A stretch of 64,000 bases of DNA from Deltaproteobacteria bacterium HGW-Deltaproteobacteria-14 (GTDB lineage: Bacteria; Myxococcota_A; UBA9042; PHBI01). How positions within the stretch are numbered: position 1 is the first letter of the stretch; the number at the start of each line of letters is the position of its first letter. The notes under the pieces were generated by a model. The model saw nothing but the letters and a program-made list of their open reading frames with translations, was not told the origin of the DNA and searched no databases. Of this stretch, positions 9,625-19,296 are shown in pieces. The DNA lies in assembly GCA_002841945.1 (NCBI GenBank), contig PHBI01000047.1, positions 5,421 through 69,420 on the forward strand. The letters are read 5' to 3'. The position numbers and the translations under genes are program-made.

Positions 9625-10278
9625 ATGAACAACGCCACGCCCCAGACCTGTCCTGTCACCGACCGTGGGCTGCACCTGCGGGCGGCGTGCCTCGCGTGTC
9701 ATGGCGTCCCGAACCACGGCCAGCGTCAGCTGGTCCGGGGGGACGTGCTCTTCATGCAGGGGGATCCGGCCGACCGGATCTTCGCGGTCGCGTCGGGGTG
9801 GCTTCGCGAGTACGTGCTCAACGCCGATGGCGGTCACGGCGGCGCGCGCATCGTCCACGCGGGGCAGATCGTCGGGCTCGAGGCCTTGGGCGGGGCGACC
9901 GGGGCGGTGTACGGGGTGACCGTGGACGCGCTGCGTCCGGCGAGCGTGTGCGCGATGCCGGCGAGCGGGGTGCGGTCGTGGCTGCGGGTGCGTCCGGACG
10001 ACGCGCTGGCGCTCGCCATCGCGACCGCCGAGGACCTGGCCGAGGTGCGCCAGCAGATGTTGGCCAACGCGACGCTCCCGGCCGAGGAGCGCGTCCTGGG
10101 GCTGGTGCGCGAGCTGGTGGGCGAGGGCGCGGGGGACGCGTGGGTGCGCCTGCCCGCCACCCGCGAGCAGCTGGGCGACGTCCTCGGGCTCACCCTCGAG
10201 ACGGTGTCGCGGATGATGCAGCGGCTCGCGTCGAAGGGGATCATCGAGGTCCGCGGGAGCCACGTCCGCTTCGTGTGA
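9625..10278 (+). CDS. Crp/Fnr-family transcriptional regulator (cNMP-binding domain plus C-terminal HTH)
   Basis: cNMP-binding-like core (FMQGDPADRIFAVASGW...GQIVGLEAL) and HTH (TREQLGDVLGLTLETVSRMMQRLASKGIIE). Confidence 0.75.
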   Translation: MNNATPQTCPVTDRGLHLRAACLACHGVPNHGQRQLVRGDVLFMQGDPADRIFAVASGWLREYVLNADGGHGGARIVHAGQIVGLEALGGATGAVYGVTVDALRPASVCAMPASGVRSWLRVRPDDALALAIATAEDLAEVRQQMLANATLPAEERVLGLVRELVGEGAGDAWVRLPATREQLGDVLGLTLETVSRMMQRLASKGIIEVRGSHVRFV

Positions 10279-10401
10279 CCCGCGCGGCGGGTGACGTTTT
10301 GGTTGGGCGGCGTCGCGGGTGTGGCGGCGGGGCGTGCACGCGACGTTCGCTGGGAGTAGACTGGCTCACCAGCCGTACGGCATGTGCCCCGGAGCCGAAC
10401 G

Positions 10402-11046
10402 ATGCCCGCCGAGACCACCGAGCCCCAGCTCTCCGAGCGGTTCGACCGCGCGTTGGAGTTCACCTCGCGCCTTCACCGTCGCCAGCTCCGCAAGGGGACG
10501 ACGGTGCCCTACGTGTCGCACCTGCTGGCCGTGGCCGGCATCGCGCTCGAGCACGGCGCCGACGAGGACACCGCCATCGCGGCGCTGCTGCACGACGCGG
10601 TGGAGGACCAGGGTGGGGCGAAGACCCTCGAGCACATCCGGCAGCGTTTCGGCGATCGGGTCGCCGGCATCGTGGCGGCGTGCTCGGACACCGACCGGAC
10701 GCCGAAGCCGCCGTGGCGCGTGCGCAAGGAGGCGTACCTCGAGCACCTCGCGGTGGAGCGGGACCACGCGGTGCTCCTCGTGAGCGCGTCGGATAAGCTG
10801 CACAACGCGCGGACCATCCTGGTCGACGCGCTGAGCCTCGGCGACGCCACCTGGCGGCGCTTCGCTGGCGGCAAGGAAGGATCGCTCTGGTATTACCGCT
10901 CGGTCGTCCGGACGCTGCGCGCGAACGCCGCCGCCCAGCGGTTCCCGCACCTCGTCGACGAGCTCGACCGGGTGGTGTCGCACCTCGTCGCCGTGGCCAA
11001 CGGCGCCAGCGCCGGTGACGGTCAGGCTTCGTCGTCGCCGGCGTAG
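10402..11046 (+). CDS. HD-domain phosphohydrolase, Rel/SpoT-type (small alarmone hydrolase-like)
   Basis: VSHLLAVAGIALEHGADEDTAIAALLHDAVED and FGDRVAGIVAACSD resemble the (p)ppGpp-hydrolase HD domain. Convergent 25-bp overlap with the WYL gene. Confidence 0.55.
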   Translation: MPAETTEPQLSERFDRALEFTSRLHRRQLRKGTTVPYVSHLLAVAGIALEHGADEDTAIAALLHDAVEDQGGAKTLEHIRQRFGDRVAGIVAACSDTDRTPKPPWRVRKEAYLEHLAVERDHAVLLVSASDKLHNARTILVDALSLGDATWRRFAGGKEGSLWYYRSVVRTLRANAAAQRFPHLVDELDRVVSHLVAVANGASAGDGQASSSPA

Positions 11047-12017
11047 CGTTCGACGGCGCGCGACAGCATCTCGCGAACCCGGCGGCGCAGCGACAGCGGG
11101 CGGATCACCTCGACCAGGTCGCCGAAGCTGAGGACCGGGGCGATCAGCTCGGGGCCGCTGGCCTCGAAGATGATGTCGCAGCCGCCGTCGTCGCGGAAGA
11201 TGACCTCCTGCTCGGCCATCCAGCGGCGCGCGGCGGCGTAGGGGCGGCCGCGGGCGTCGAAGCGCAGGTGCACGATCTCGGGCTTGGCGCCGTCGCTCGC
11301 GAGGCCGTACTGCGACGCCAGCAGGGGGCGCGGGTCGTACTCGCTCGGGCGCGGGTAGTCGAAGGCGGCGATCTCGGCGTGCACGACGAGCTCGCTCACG
11401 CGCTCGATGGCGTGGACCTCGTTGTGGCCGCGCTTGTGCGAGATCAGGTACAGCCCGCGCTTGTAGACCGCGATGGTGTAGGGGGCGACGCTCGTGAAGC
11501 GCAGGGTCTCGCCGGAGCGCGCGCGGTCGTAGGTGAAGCTGACGTAGTGGCCGGAGACGACGGCCTCGACGAGCTGCTGCACGATCTCCTTGTGCTGGCG
11601 ATAGTCCTTCTCGGGCTCGCGGACGTAGATGAACTTGCGGGCGAGGTCGCGCTCGGGGACGACCTCGCCGCCCATGGCCTCGAGCTGCCGGTCGAGGCGG
11701 GCGAAGGCGTCGCCGATGTCGGTGTCGCGGAGGAAGCTCTCGACGAGCTGGCGCCCGAAGAGCAGCGAGAGGCGCTCCTCGAGGCCGATGTCCATGCCGA
11801 GCTGCCGCCACGCCTCCTCGATGACCCACTCGCGGTCGCGGCCGTCGCCCTCGTGGTGCAGCGGGACGCCGTGGCGCTCGAGCGCCTTGAGGTCGTCGAG
11901 CGCCATCCGCGACGGCACCTCGAGGAGCTGCGTCACCTGGCGGGTCGAGATCCGTCCACGCCGCAGCAGGACCTGCAGGAGCCGGAGTCGGCGGGTCCAC
12001 GGATCTTCGACGGCCAT
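11022..12017 (-). CDS. WYL-domain transcriptional regulator (HTH + WYL)
   Basis: MAVEDPWTRRLRLLQVLLRRGRISTRQVTQLLEV (HTH) followed by ...YVSFTYDRARSGETLRFTSVAPYTIAVYKRGLYLISH (WYL-like). Divergent from recC. Confidence 0.65.
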   Translation of the reverse strand: MAVEDPWTRRLRLLQVLLRRGRISTRQVTQLLEVPSRMALDDLKALERHGVPLHHEGDGRDREWVIEEAWRQLGMDIGLEERLSLLFGRQLVESFLRDTDIGDAFARLDRQLEAMGGEVVPERDLARKFIYVREPEKDYRQHKEIVQQLVEAVVSGHYVSFTYDRARSGETLRFTSVAPYTIAVYKRGLYLISHKRGHNEVHAIERVSELVVHAEIAAFDYPRPSEYDPRPLLASQYGLASDGAKPEIVHLRFDARGRPYAAARRWMAEQEVIFRDDGGCDIIFEASGPELIAPVLSFGDLVEVIRPLSLRRRVREMLSRAVERYAGDDEA

Positions 12018-12100
12018 CGCACACCTCCCGCGGTCGTGACGTCGCAGTCTCCTGCGGTGGCCGCGGGTGCGCAAGCCTTCGCAGAGAGGTCGGGGGTGTG

Positions 12101-12116
12101 TGTGAACACTGTTCAT
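12101..12116. promoter_or_regulatory. Palindromic operator candidate TGTGAAC-ACT-GTTCAT in the WYL-recC divergent promoter region
   Basis: Same 6-3-6 architecture as 8401-8417. An adjacent GTTCAG half-site follows at 12120-12126. Confidence 0.45.
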
Positions 12117-12214
12117 CGCGTGTTCAGTACGCTCGCTGGGCCCACATCGTCGCTATGGTCGAGCGTCGGCCCGGTTGACGGGTTCTACACGCCGACGGAA
12201 GCTGCCGTGTCGCG

Positions 12215-15200
12215 ATGACCAAGCACCTGCACATCCACCGCTCGAACCGCGTCGAGGAGCTCGTGGCCGCCCTGGCCGCCATGCCCCCGGCCCTCGGCGA
12301 TCCGTTCGCCACGGAGCGGATCGCGGTCCAGAGCCGGGGGATAGAGGCGTGGCTCACGATGCGCTTGGCGGAGCACCGCGGGATCGCCGCCAACCTCGAG
12401 TTCACCTCACCCGACCGCCTCGTGGCGGCGGCCGTCGCCGGCGCCCTCGGTGACCGCGCCGACGCCACCGACGCGTGGGCTCCGGGGCGCCTCCGCTGGC
12501 GCGTCCTCGCGGCGCTCCCCGAGCACCTCGACCACCCCGCCCTCGGGACCCTGCGGCGCTACCTCGAGCAGCGCGACGGTGCCCCGCCCGAGCGGCGGCG
12601 CGTCACCCTGGCGACCCGGGTCGCCGAGGTGTTTCATCGCTACACCATCTACCGCCCGGACGTGGTCGCCGCCTGGGAGCGGGGGGAGGACGACGGCACC
12701 TGGCAGCCGCTGCTGTGGCGAGCGCTGGCGGCGGGGGTGCCCACTCGGCACCTCGGCCACCGCCTCGCGGCCTTCGTCGCCGCCGTGGACGCCGACGGGG
12801 AGGGCGCGCTGACCGGGGTGACCGGTCGGGTCGTGGTGTTCGGCGTCAACACCCTCCCGCCCCGCTACGTCGAGGCGCTCGGGGCCATCGCGCGCCACCG
12901 CGAGGTCCACCTCTTCTTGCCCTGCGCCTCGGCCGCCGGGCGCGAGCAGGACCGCCTCGTCGCCGCGGGCGAGAACCCACGCTTCCGAAACCCGCTGCTC
13001 GCCTCCTTCGATCGCCTCGGGAGCGACCTGCAGCGCCTCCTCGACGGGCTCGGCGGGCGACCGCGCTACCACGACCGCTTCGTCGCCCCGGGGGCCGAGA
13101 CCGCCCTCGCTGCACTGCAAGAAGACGTGCTCCTGCTGCGCGATCGCGGGGCGCCGAGCGCGCATCCTGAGAAAGACAAGCGACCTGAACCACTCGTGAT
13201 GGATGGCGAAGATCGCTCGGTGCAGGTCCATGTCTGCCATGGTGCAATGCGGCAGGTCGAGGTCCTCAGGGACACCCTGCTCGGCCTCTTCGCGGGGGAC
13301 GCGTCCCTCGAGCCGCGCGACGTCGTGGTCCTCACGCCCGACATCGACACCTTCGCGCCGCTGATCCACGCCGTGTTCGCCGACGGGGACTCCCCCGAAG
13401 GGGAGCGCGGCTTTCCGGCGCTGCACCAGGTCCACGACCTGAGCCTGCAGCGGGCGAACCCGTGGGCGGAGGCCTTCCTCGAGCTCCTCGATCTCGCGAC
13501 CGGGCGGCTGAAGGCGAGCACGGTGTTCGCGTTCCTGGCGCTGCCGCCCGTGCTCGACACCATCGGGATCGGCGCCGACGAGCTGGCGAAGGCGCGCACC
13601 TGGCTCGCGCAGGCGGGGGCGCGGTGGGGGCGCGACGCCGCGGACCGGGCGCGCCACGGGCAGCCCGAGGACCCGCTCCACACCTGGCGCTTCGCCTTCG
13701 AGCGGCTCCTGCTCGGGCACGCCCTGGCCAACGACGGCTTCCAGCGCTTCGCGGGGGTGAGCCCCTACGACGACATCGAGGGCAAGGACGCGCTGATCGC
13801 CGGGCAGGTCATCGACTACCTCGAGCGCCTCTTCGACACCCTCGACACCCTGCGCGAGCCGCGCACCCTGTCGGCGTGGCGCGATCGCTGCGCGGCGCTC
13901 GTCGCCGACCTCCTGGTCCACGACGACGACTCCGCCGGGCGGGCCAAGGCGATCCTCGACGTGCTCAACGACCTCGTCGCCGGGGCGGCGGACGCCGGCT
14001 ACGACGACCCGGTCGAGGTCGAGGCGCTCCGCGCGCTGCTCGACGCGCCGTTCAACGCGCGCCGGACCGCCGTGACCTTCCTGTCGGGGGGGATGACCTT
14101 CTGCACCATGGTGCCGATGCGCAGCCTGCCTTTCCGGGTCGTCTGCCTGCTCGGGATGGACGACAGCAGCTTCCCGCGCGGCGGCGCGGGGTTGGGCTTC
14201 GACCGGACGCGGATCGACGAGGCCCGAGTCGGCGACCGCGACGACCGCGCCGATGACCGTCAGGCCTTCCTCGAGACGCTGCTCTCGGCCCGCGATCACC
14301 TCGTGGTGACCTACAGCGGCCGGAGCCTCGGCGACAACCAGCAGACCCCACCGTGCGTGCCGCTGGCCGAGCTGCTGGCCGTGCTCGAGCGCGGGTTCCG
14401 AGGCGCCTGGCGCACCGAGCACCCGCTGTCGCCGTTCAGCCCGGCCAACTTCGGGGTCGGCGCCGACGGGGCCTCGCGGGAGGCGCTGTCCTTTGACCGG
14501 CGCTTCCTCGCCGGCGCGCGCCGGCTCCGCGGGCCCCGGGTCTCTCCGGCGCCGTTCTGCGACGGCACCCCGGTGCCGGCGCCCGCCGCGGGCGTGGTCC
14601 AGCTCACGGCCCTCGTGGCCTTCTTCAAGGACCCCACCGCCGCGTTCCTCAAGCAGCGCCTCGACGTCTCCCTCGACGAGCGCGACGACGAGATCGCCGA
14701 CCAGGCGCCGCTCGCGATGGACGGGCTCGGGCGCTGGGCGCTCGGCCGCGACCTGGTGCGCTGGCGCCTGCGCGGCGCTAGCGACGAGGAGGCGCGGGCG
14801 GCGGTGCTCGCGGATGGGCGCCTGCCGTCCGGCGCCCTGGCGCGCGCGCGGCTCGACGAGGTCGATCCGAAGGCGCGTCGCATCGCGCGCCGCGTCGCGG
14901 GGTTGCGCATGGGGGCGCGGCGGGTGGTGCCGATCGCGGTCGAGCTCGACGGCGTCGAGCTGCGCGGTCGCGTCGACGACGTGTTCGACCGGGGCCGCGT
15001 GGCCTTTCACCCCACCTCGGCCCGGGTGAAGCACCTGCTCGACGTCTGGATCCATCACCTCGCCCTCGGCGCCGTCGACGCCCTGCCGGACCAGTCGCAC
15101 CTGGTGGCCAGCAACGGGGTCTTCTCCTTCGCCAGGATCTCGCCAGAGCGCGCTCGCGACCTGCTCGGGCGGCTCGTCGCGCTCTACCGGCGGGGGATGA

Positions 15201-15457
15201 TGGCGCCGCTCCCGTTCGCGCCCGAGACCTCGGACGCTTGGCTGTGGGCGCGGCGCGGGAACAAGGGACCCGAGGCCTGCCGCTTCGAGGCGAAGAAGGC
15301 CTGGGTCACGTACTTCAGCAAGCGCGGCGAGGACGCCTCGCCCTCGGCGGCCCGCGTCTGGGGGGAGGAGCTGCTCTTCGAACACCCGGACTTCCCCGAG
15401 GTGTCGGCGGCGGTGCTCGAGCCGCTGCACGCCGCGAAGTCGAAGGTGCCGCTGTGA
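12215..15457 (+). CDS. recC: Exodeoxyribonuclease V gamma subunit RecC
   Basis: 1080 aa. N-terminus MTKHLHIHRSNRVEELVAAL is RecC-like. Followed by recB and recD with overlapping starts. Contains an AT-rich codon patch at 13160-13245. Confidence 0.85.
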   Translation: MTKHLHIHRSNRVEELVAALAAMPPALGDPFATERIAVQSRGIEAWLTMRLAEHRGIAANLEFTSPDRLVAAAVAGALGDRADATDAWAPGRLRWRVLAALPEHLDHPALGTLRRYLEQRDGAPPERRRVTLATRVAEVFHRYTIYRPDVVAAWERGEDDGTWQPLLWRALAAGVPTRHLGHRLAAFVAAVDADGEGALTGVTGRVVVFGVNTLPPRYVEALGAIARHREVHLFLPCASAAGREQDRLVAAGENPRFRNPLLASFDRLGSDLQRLLDGLGGRPRYHDRFVAPGAETALAALQEDVLLLRDRGAPSAHPEKDKRPEPLVMDGEDRSVQVHVCHGAMRQVEVLRDTLLGLFAGDASLEPRDVVVLTPDIDTFAPLIHAVFADGDSPEGERGFPALHQVHDLSLQRANPWAEAFLELLDLATGRLKASTVFAFLALPPVLDTIGIGADELAKARTWLAQAGARWGRDAADRARHGQPEDPLHTWRFAFERLLLGHALANDGFQRFAGVSPYDDIEGKDALIAGQVIDYLERLFDTLDTLREPRTLSAWRDRCAALVADLLVHDDDSAGRAKAILDVLNDLVAGAADAGYDDPVEVEALRALLDAPFNARRTAVTFLSGGMTFCTMVPMRSLPFRVVCLLGMDDSSFPRGGAGLGFDRTRIDEARVGDRDDRADDRQAFLETLLSARDHLVVTYSGRSLGDNQQTPPCVPLAELLAVLERGFRGAWRTEHPLSPFSPANFGVGADGASREALSFDRRFLAGARRLRGPRVSPAPFCDGTPVPAPAAGVVQLTALVAFFKDPTAAFLKQRLDVSLDERDDEIADQAPLAMDGLGRWALGRDLVRWRLRGASDEEARAAVLADGRLPSGALARARLDEVDPKARRIARRVAGLRMGARRVVPIAVELDGVELRGRVDDVFDRGRVAFHPTSARVKHLLDVWIHHLALGAVDALPDQSHLVASNGVFSFARISPERARDLLGRLVALYRRGMMAPLPFAPETSDAWLWARRGNKGPEACRFEAKKAWVTYFSKRGEDASPSAARVWGEELLFEHPDFPEVSAAVLEPLHAAKSKVPL

Positions 15458-18400
15458 GCGCCACCCGTGAGAGCGGGAGCCCGAGCTCCCGCCCCTTCGA
15501 CCCGCTCGGCCCCCTCGCGACCGGGGGCGTGCTGCTCGAGGCGAGCGCCGGGACCGGCAAGACGTGGAGCATCACGAGCCTCGTCCTGCGGCTCGTCGTC
15601 GAGGAGGACGTGCGCATCGAGAACGTCCTCGCGGTGACCTTCACCAACGCGGCGACCGCGGAGCTGCGGGCGCGCGTCTGGGACCGGCTCGACGAGGCGC
15701 TGCGGACGGTCGAGAGCTACTGGCGAGAGGATCCGAAGCCGGCGCCGGACGACGTGATCGGGCGGCTCGTCACGCTGGCGACCGGGGGGCTCGGCTTCGC
15801 CATCGTGCTCGGCCGCCTGCGCGCGGCGCTCGAGGGCTTCGACCGCGCGCAGATCTGGACGATCCACGGCTTCTGCCAGCGGATGCTGCAGCAGAACGCG
15901 CTCGCGAGCGGGGTCGCCTTCGACACCACCCTGGTCGAGGACGAGCGTGCGCTGGTCCGAGAGGTCGTCGAGGACTTCTGGCAGCGGGAGCTCTACGCGG
16001 CGACGCCGGCGACGCTGGCGCTGCTGACCGGCGTGGGCCTCGACCTCGACCGCGCGGTGAGCCTCGGCGACCTCGCGATCCGCCACCCCGACGCCGAGGT
16101 CGTGCCGGCCGAACCCGAGGCGCTGCCCCCCCCGGCGATGCCGAAGACGACGGCGGCGCGCGCCGCCCTCGAGCGGTTCTGGTGGAAGGACCGTCGCCGG
16201 GCGGTCGCCATCATCAAACAGGCGGCCGAGCAGGGCCTCTTGCACCGCCGCTTCCCCGTGGCCGAGCTCGACGGCGTCATGGACGTGGGCGACGCCGTCG
16301 TCCGCGGGGCGCTGGACCGGACGAGCTTCTTCAAGCTCCGCGTCCTCGACGGCGCGCGCCTCGCGAAGTCCATGGCCTCTGGCGGCGCCCCCCTCCGACA
16401 CCCGCTGTTCGACCTCGTGAGCGCCCTGCGCGCCGCCTGGATCGAGGAGATGCCGACGGCGGCCGACTACCTGCTGTCCTTTCGCTACCGCCTCATCGCG
16501 GAGGTGCGGGCGGCCGTCCGCCGGCGGCGCGAGGCCAGCGCCCAACGCTCCTTCGACGATCTCCTGCGGCTCTTGCGCGAGGCCCTCGAGGCGCCTGGCA
16601 CCGGCGCCGAGCTGGCCGCCTCCATCCGCAAGCAGTTCCGCGCGGTGCTCATCGACGAGTTCCAGGACACCGATCCGGTCCAGTGGGCGATCTTCGATGG
16701 CCTCTTCGTCGCACAGCCGCGGCACTGGCTCTACCTGATCGGGGATCCCAAGCAGGCGATCTATCGCTTTCGCGGCGCCGACATCGACACCTACCTCGCC
16801 GCCAAACGCGCCCTCGGCGGCCGCATCGAGACCCTCGCGCGGAGCTATCGAAGCGACGCGCGCCTCGTCCAGGCCCAGAACGTGCTGTTCGACACCGGCC
16901 CGGCCGCCTTCGCGACCCGGGGCATCGACTACGAGCGGGTCGCCGCCCAGCACGCTGACCGCGCCGAGGGGATCGGCGCCCCTCTGAGGCTCCTCTTTGT
17001 GCGTCGCAACAGGCACCGAGAGATCGACGCCAAGTGGCGCGACAACGAGCTCCCACGGCGGGTCGCCGCGGACATCGCTTCGCTCTTGCACAAGGGCGGG
17101 ACGCTGCGCGCGAAGGCGAGCGACGAGCCGCGCCCGGTGCGCCCGCGGGACTGCGCGGTGCTGGTGCGCACCAACCGCCAGGCGACGGCGATCCAGGACG
17201 CGCTCCGCGACGTCGGCGTCCCGAGCGTGCTCCACGGACCCGACAGCGTGTTCGGGACCGTGGAGGCGCAGGAGCTCGAGCGGCTGCTCGCGGCGATCCT
17301 CGAGCCCGCCCGCACCCGGCTCGCGCGGACGGCGCTGGCGACCGGGCTCCTCGGCGGGACCGCCGTGACGATCGCGGAGGCGGCGGCGGATCCCCAGCGC
17401 TGGGAGGCGTGGGTCGGCGAGCTCCGCGGGTGGCTGCGAGGGTGGCAGGAGCGTGGGGTCGTGCATCTGCTGCGGACCCTGGTCGCGGGCCGCCTCTCGG
17501 GGGTGCTCGCCCGGGTCGATGGCGAGCGCTGCATGGCGAACCTGCTGCACCTGACCGAGCTGCTCCACAACGCGGAGGTCGGCCTCGGGCTCGACCCGGC
17601 CGGGGTCCTCGAGTGGCTCCGGCGGGCGCGGCGAGACGCTGACGATGATGACGCGAGCGCGGCGCTGCGGCTCGAGAGCGACGCCGAGGCGGTCGAGATC
17701 GTCACCATCCACAAGAGCAAGGGGCTCGAGTACCCGCTGGTGTGGTGTCCATATCTGGGGTTGCCGGACAGCGGGCGCACACCACCGGCCTATCTCCACT
17801 TCCGCGACCCCGGGGATGACCACGGCGAGAAGCTCGACGTGGCCCCGGAGCGCCGCGAGTGGGCAGGTCACCAGCAGCTGGTGAGCTACGAGCTCGCCGC
17901 TGAGGGCCTGCGGCTCCTCTACGTCGCGCTGACCCGCGCCAAGCATCAGGTGACGGTCTGGTGGGGGGGCTTTCGGGACGCCCATCGCTCGCCGCTCTGG
18001 TACGCGCTCCACCGGGGCGCCGCGGAGGTCTTTGACGCGGAGGCGCTCGAGCGGTTTCGTGAGCGCACGGTCCGCGACGTCACCGATGACCAGCTGCTCG
18101 CCGAGCTGAGCACCCTCGCGACCCGCTCCGAGCACACGATCGCGGTGGTCGAGGACCTCCCGCGCGAGGTGCCTCGATACGAGGTGATCGCGCACAGCGA
18201 CGTGACCCTCGCGCCCCTCCGCTACGACCGGGCGACCCCGATCGAGAACGGGTGGCGCCGGACGAGCTTCACCGGGCTGACGCGCCACGTCGACTACCAC
18301 GTCGAGACGGCCCAGGCGGCCGAGGACGAGACGGCGCTCGAGGTCGACGAGGGCTCGAGCTCGCTCGCGGAGCTGGCGGTGACGCCGGTGACCTCGGTCC

Positions 18401-19296
18401 CCCTCGCGGACCTCCCGGGCGGGCGCGGGACCGGCAACTTCCTCCACGAGGTGCTCGAGCACGTGGACTTCCAGGGCAGCGCGGAGGCCCTGCGCGCGCT
18501 CGTGGTCGAGCGCCTCCCACGGCACGGCATCGACGAGGGGTGGGCGGAGCTGGTGACCGTCGGGCTCGGCGCCGCGCTGGGAACCCCGCTCCACGCCGGC
18601 GAGGGCGCCCCGTGCCTGGCCGATCTGCCGACCTCGCGGCGGCTCAACGAGCTCGGCTTCACCTTCCCCCTCGCCCACGGGGGGGGGACTGGAGCCGGGC
18701 GCGCGAGGCCGCGGCCGCTGTCGCCGGAGCGCCTCGCGGAGGTCTTCGCGCGCCACCCGGAGCCCGGGGTGCCGCGGGGCTGGATCGAGCGCCTCCGGGC
18801 GCTGTCGTTCCTACCGGCCCGGGGCTTCGTGACCGGCGCCATCGATCTCGTCTTCGAGGGTGAGGACGGTCGCTTCTACGTCGTCGACTACAAGTCGAAC
18901 CACCTCGGCGCGCGCCCGGCGGACTACGACACGGTGGGGATGGAGCGCGCGATGGCCGCGCACCACTACTTCCTCCAGTACCACCTCTACACGGTCGCGG
19001 CGGTGCGGTACCTGCGCACGCGGATCCCGGACTTCGCCTACGAGCGCCACTTCGGGGGCGTCTACTACCTGTTTCTGCGCGGCATGGCGCCGGGCCACCC
19101 GGCGGGCACCGGGGTGTTCGCCGCGACCCCGCCCGAGTCGCTGATCGCCGACCTGTCGGACGCCCTCGATGGACTCGTATCGGTCGCGGACCTACGTCCT
19201 CCGCGGCCGAGCGGCGCGGCCACGGTGGCTCCCACCGGGTCGCCAGGTACGGACTCCGGTCCACGACCCGCCGTGCCCGGGGGGGGCGAGCGATGA
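15454..19296 (+). CDS. recB: Exodeoxyribonuclease V beta subunit RecB (UvrD-type helicase + PD-(D/E)xK nuclease)
   Basis: GTG 15454 overlaps the recC stop (GTGA). Walker A LLEASAGTGKTW. C-terminal nuclease motif IDLVFEGEDGRFYVVDYKSN. The last ~35 aa are encoded by the dispersed repeat. Confidence 0.9.
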   Translation: MSATRESGSPSSRPFDPLGPLATGGVLLEASAGTGKTWSITSLVLRLVVEEDVRIENVLAVTFTNAATAELRARVWDRLDEALRTVESYWREDPKPAPDDVIGRLVTLATGGLGFAIVLGRLRAALEGFDRAQIWTIHGFCQRMLQQNALASGVAFDTTLVEDERALVREVVEDFWQRELYAATPATLALLTGVGLDLDRAVSLGDLAIRHPDAEVVPAEPEALPPPAMPKTTAARAALERFWWKDRRRAVAIIKQAAEQGLLHRRFPVAELDGVMDVGDAVVRGALDRTSFFKLRVLDGARLAKSMASGGAPLRHPLFDLVSALRAAWIEEMPTAADYLLSFRYRLIAEVRAAVRRRREASAQRSFDDLLRLLREALEAPGTGAELAASIRKQFRAVLIDEFQDTDPVQWAIFDGLFVAQPRHWLYLIGDPKQAIYRFRGADIDTYLAAKRALGGRIETLARSYRSDARLVQAQNVLFDTGPAAFATRGIDYERVAAQHADRAEGIGAPLRLLFVRRNRHREIDAKWRDNELPRRVAADIASLLHKGGTLRAKASDEPRPVRPRDCAVLVRTNRQATAIQDALRDVGVPSVLHGPDSVFGTVEAQELERLLAAILEPARTRLARTALATGLLGGTAVTIAEAAADPQRWEAWVGELRGWLRGWQERGVVHLLRTLVAGRLSGVLARVDGERCMANLLHLTELLHNAEVGLGLDPAGVLEWLRRARRDADDDDASAALRLESDAEAVEIVTIHKSKGLEYPLVWCPYLGLPDSGRTPPAYLHFRDPGDDHGEKLDVAPERREWAGHQQLVSYELAAEGLRLLYVALTRAKHQVTVWWGGFRDAHRSPLWYALHRGAAEVFDAEALERFRERTVRDVTDDQLLAELSTLATRSEHTIAVVEDLPREVPRYEVIAHSDVTLAPLRYDRATPIENGWRRTSFTGLTRHVDYHVETAQAAEDETALEVDEGSSSLAELAVTPVTSVPLADLPGGRGTGNFLHEVLEHVDFQGSAEALRALVVERLPRHGIDEGWAELVTVGLGAALGTPLHAGEGAPCLADLPTSRRLNELGFTFPLAHGGGTGAGRARPRPLSPERLAEVFARHPEPGVPRGWIERLRALSFLPARGFVTGAIDLVFEGEDGRFYVVDYKSNHLGARPADYDTVGMERAMAAHHYFLQYHLYTVAAVRYLRTRIPDFAYERHFGGVYYLFLRGMAPGHPAGTGVFAATPPESLIADLSDALDGLVSVADLRPPRPSGAATVAPTGSPGTDSGPRPAVPGGGER
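19171..19275 (+). repeat. Copy A of the ~100-bp dispersed repeat, occupying the 3' end of recB
   Basis: Aligns with 32592-32695 (same strand) and 3241-3340 (inverted). Confidence 0.7.

Noticed and set aside
12101-12126. Classical Myxococcus/Gram-positive LexA (Cheo-type) box
   Set aside because: The palindrome has a 3-nt rather than the 4-nt spacer of GAAC-N4-GTTC, and the flanks mismatch the CTRHAMRYBYGTTCAGS consensus at 3 positions. Reported instead as an uncharacterised operator.
12407-15430. 1007-aa minus ORF
   Set aside because: Antisense to recC.
15184-18756. 1190-aa minus ORF plus the 15238 upstream extension of recB
   Set aside because: Antisense to recB. The recB upstream extension overlaps the recC coding end in another frame, and GTG 15454 with GTGA coupling is the better start.
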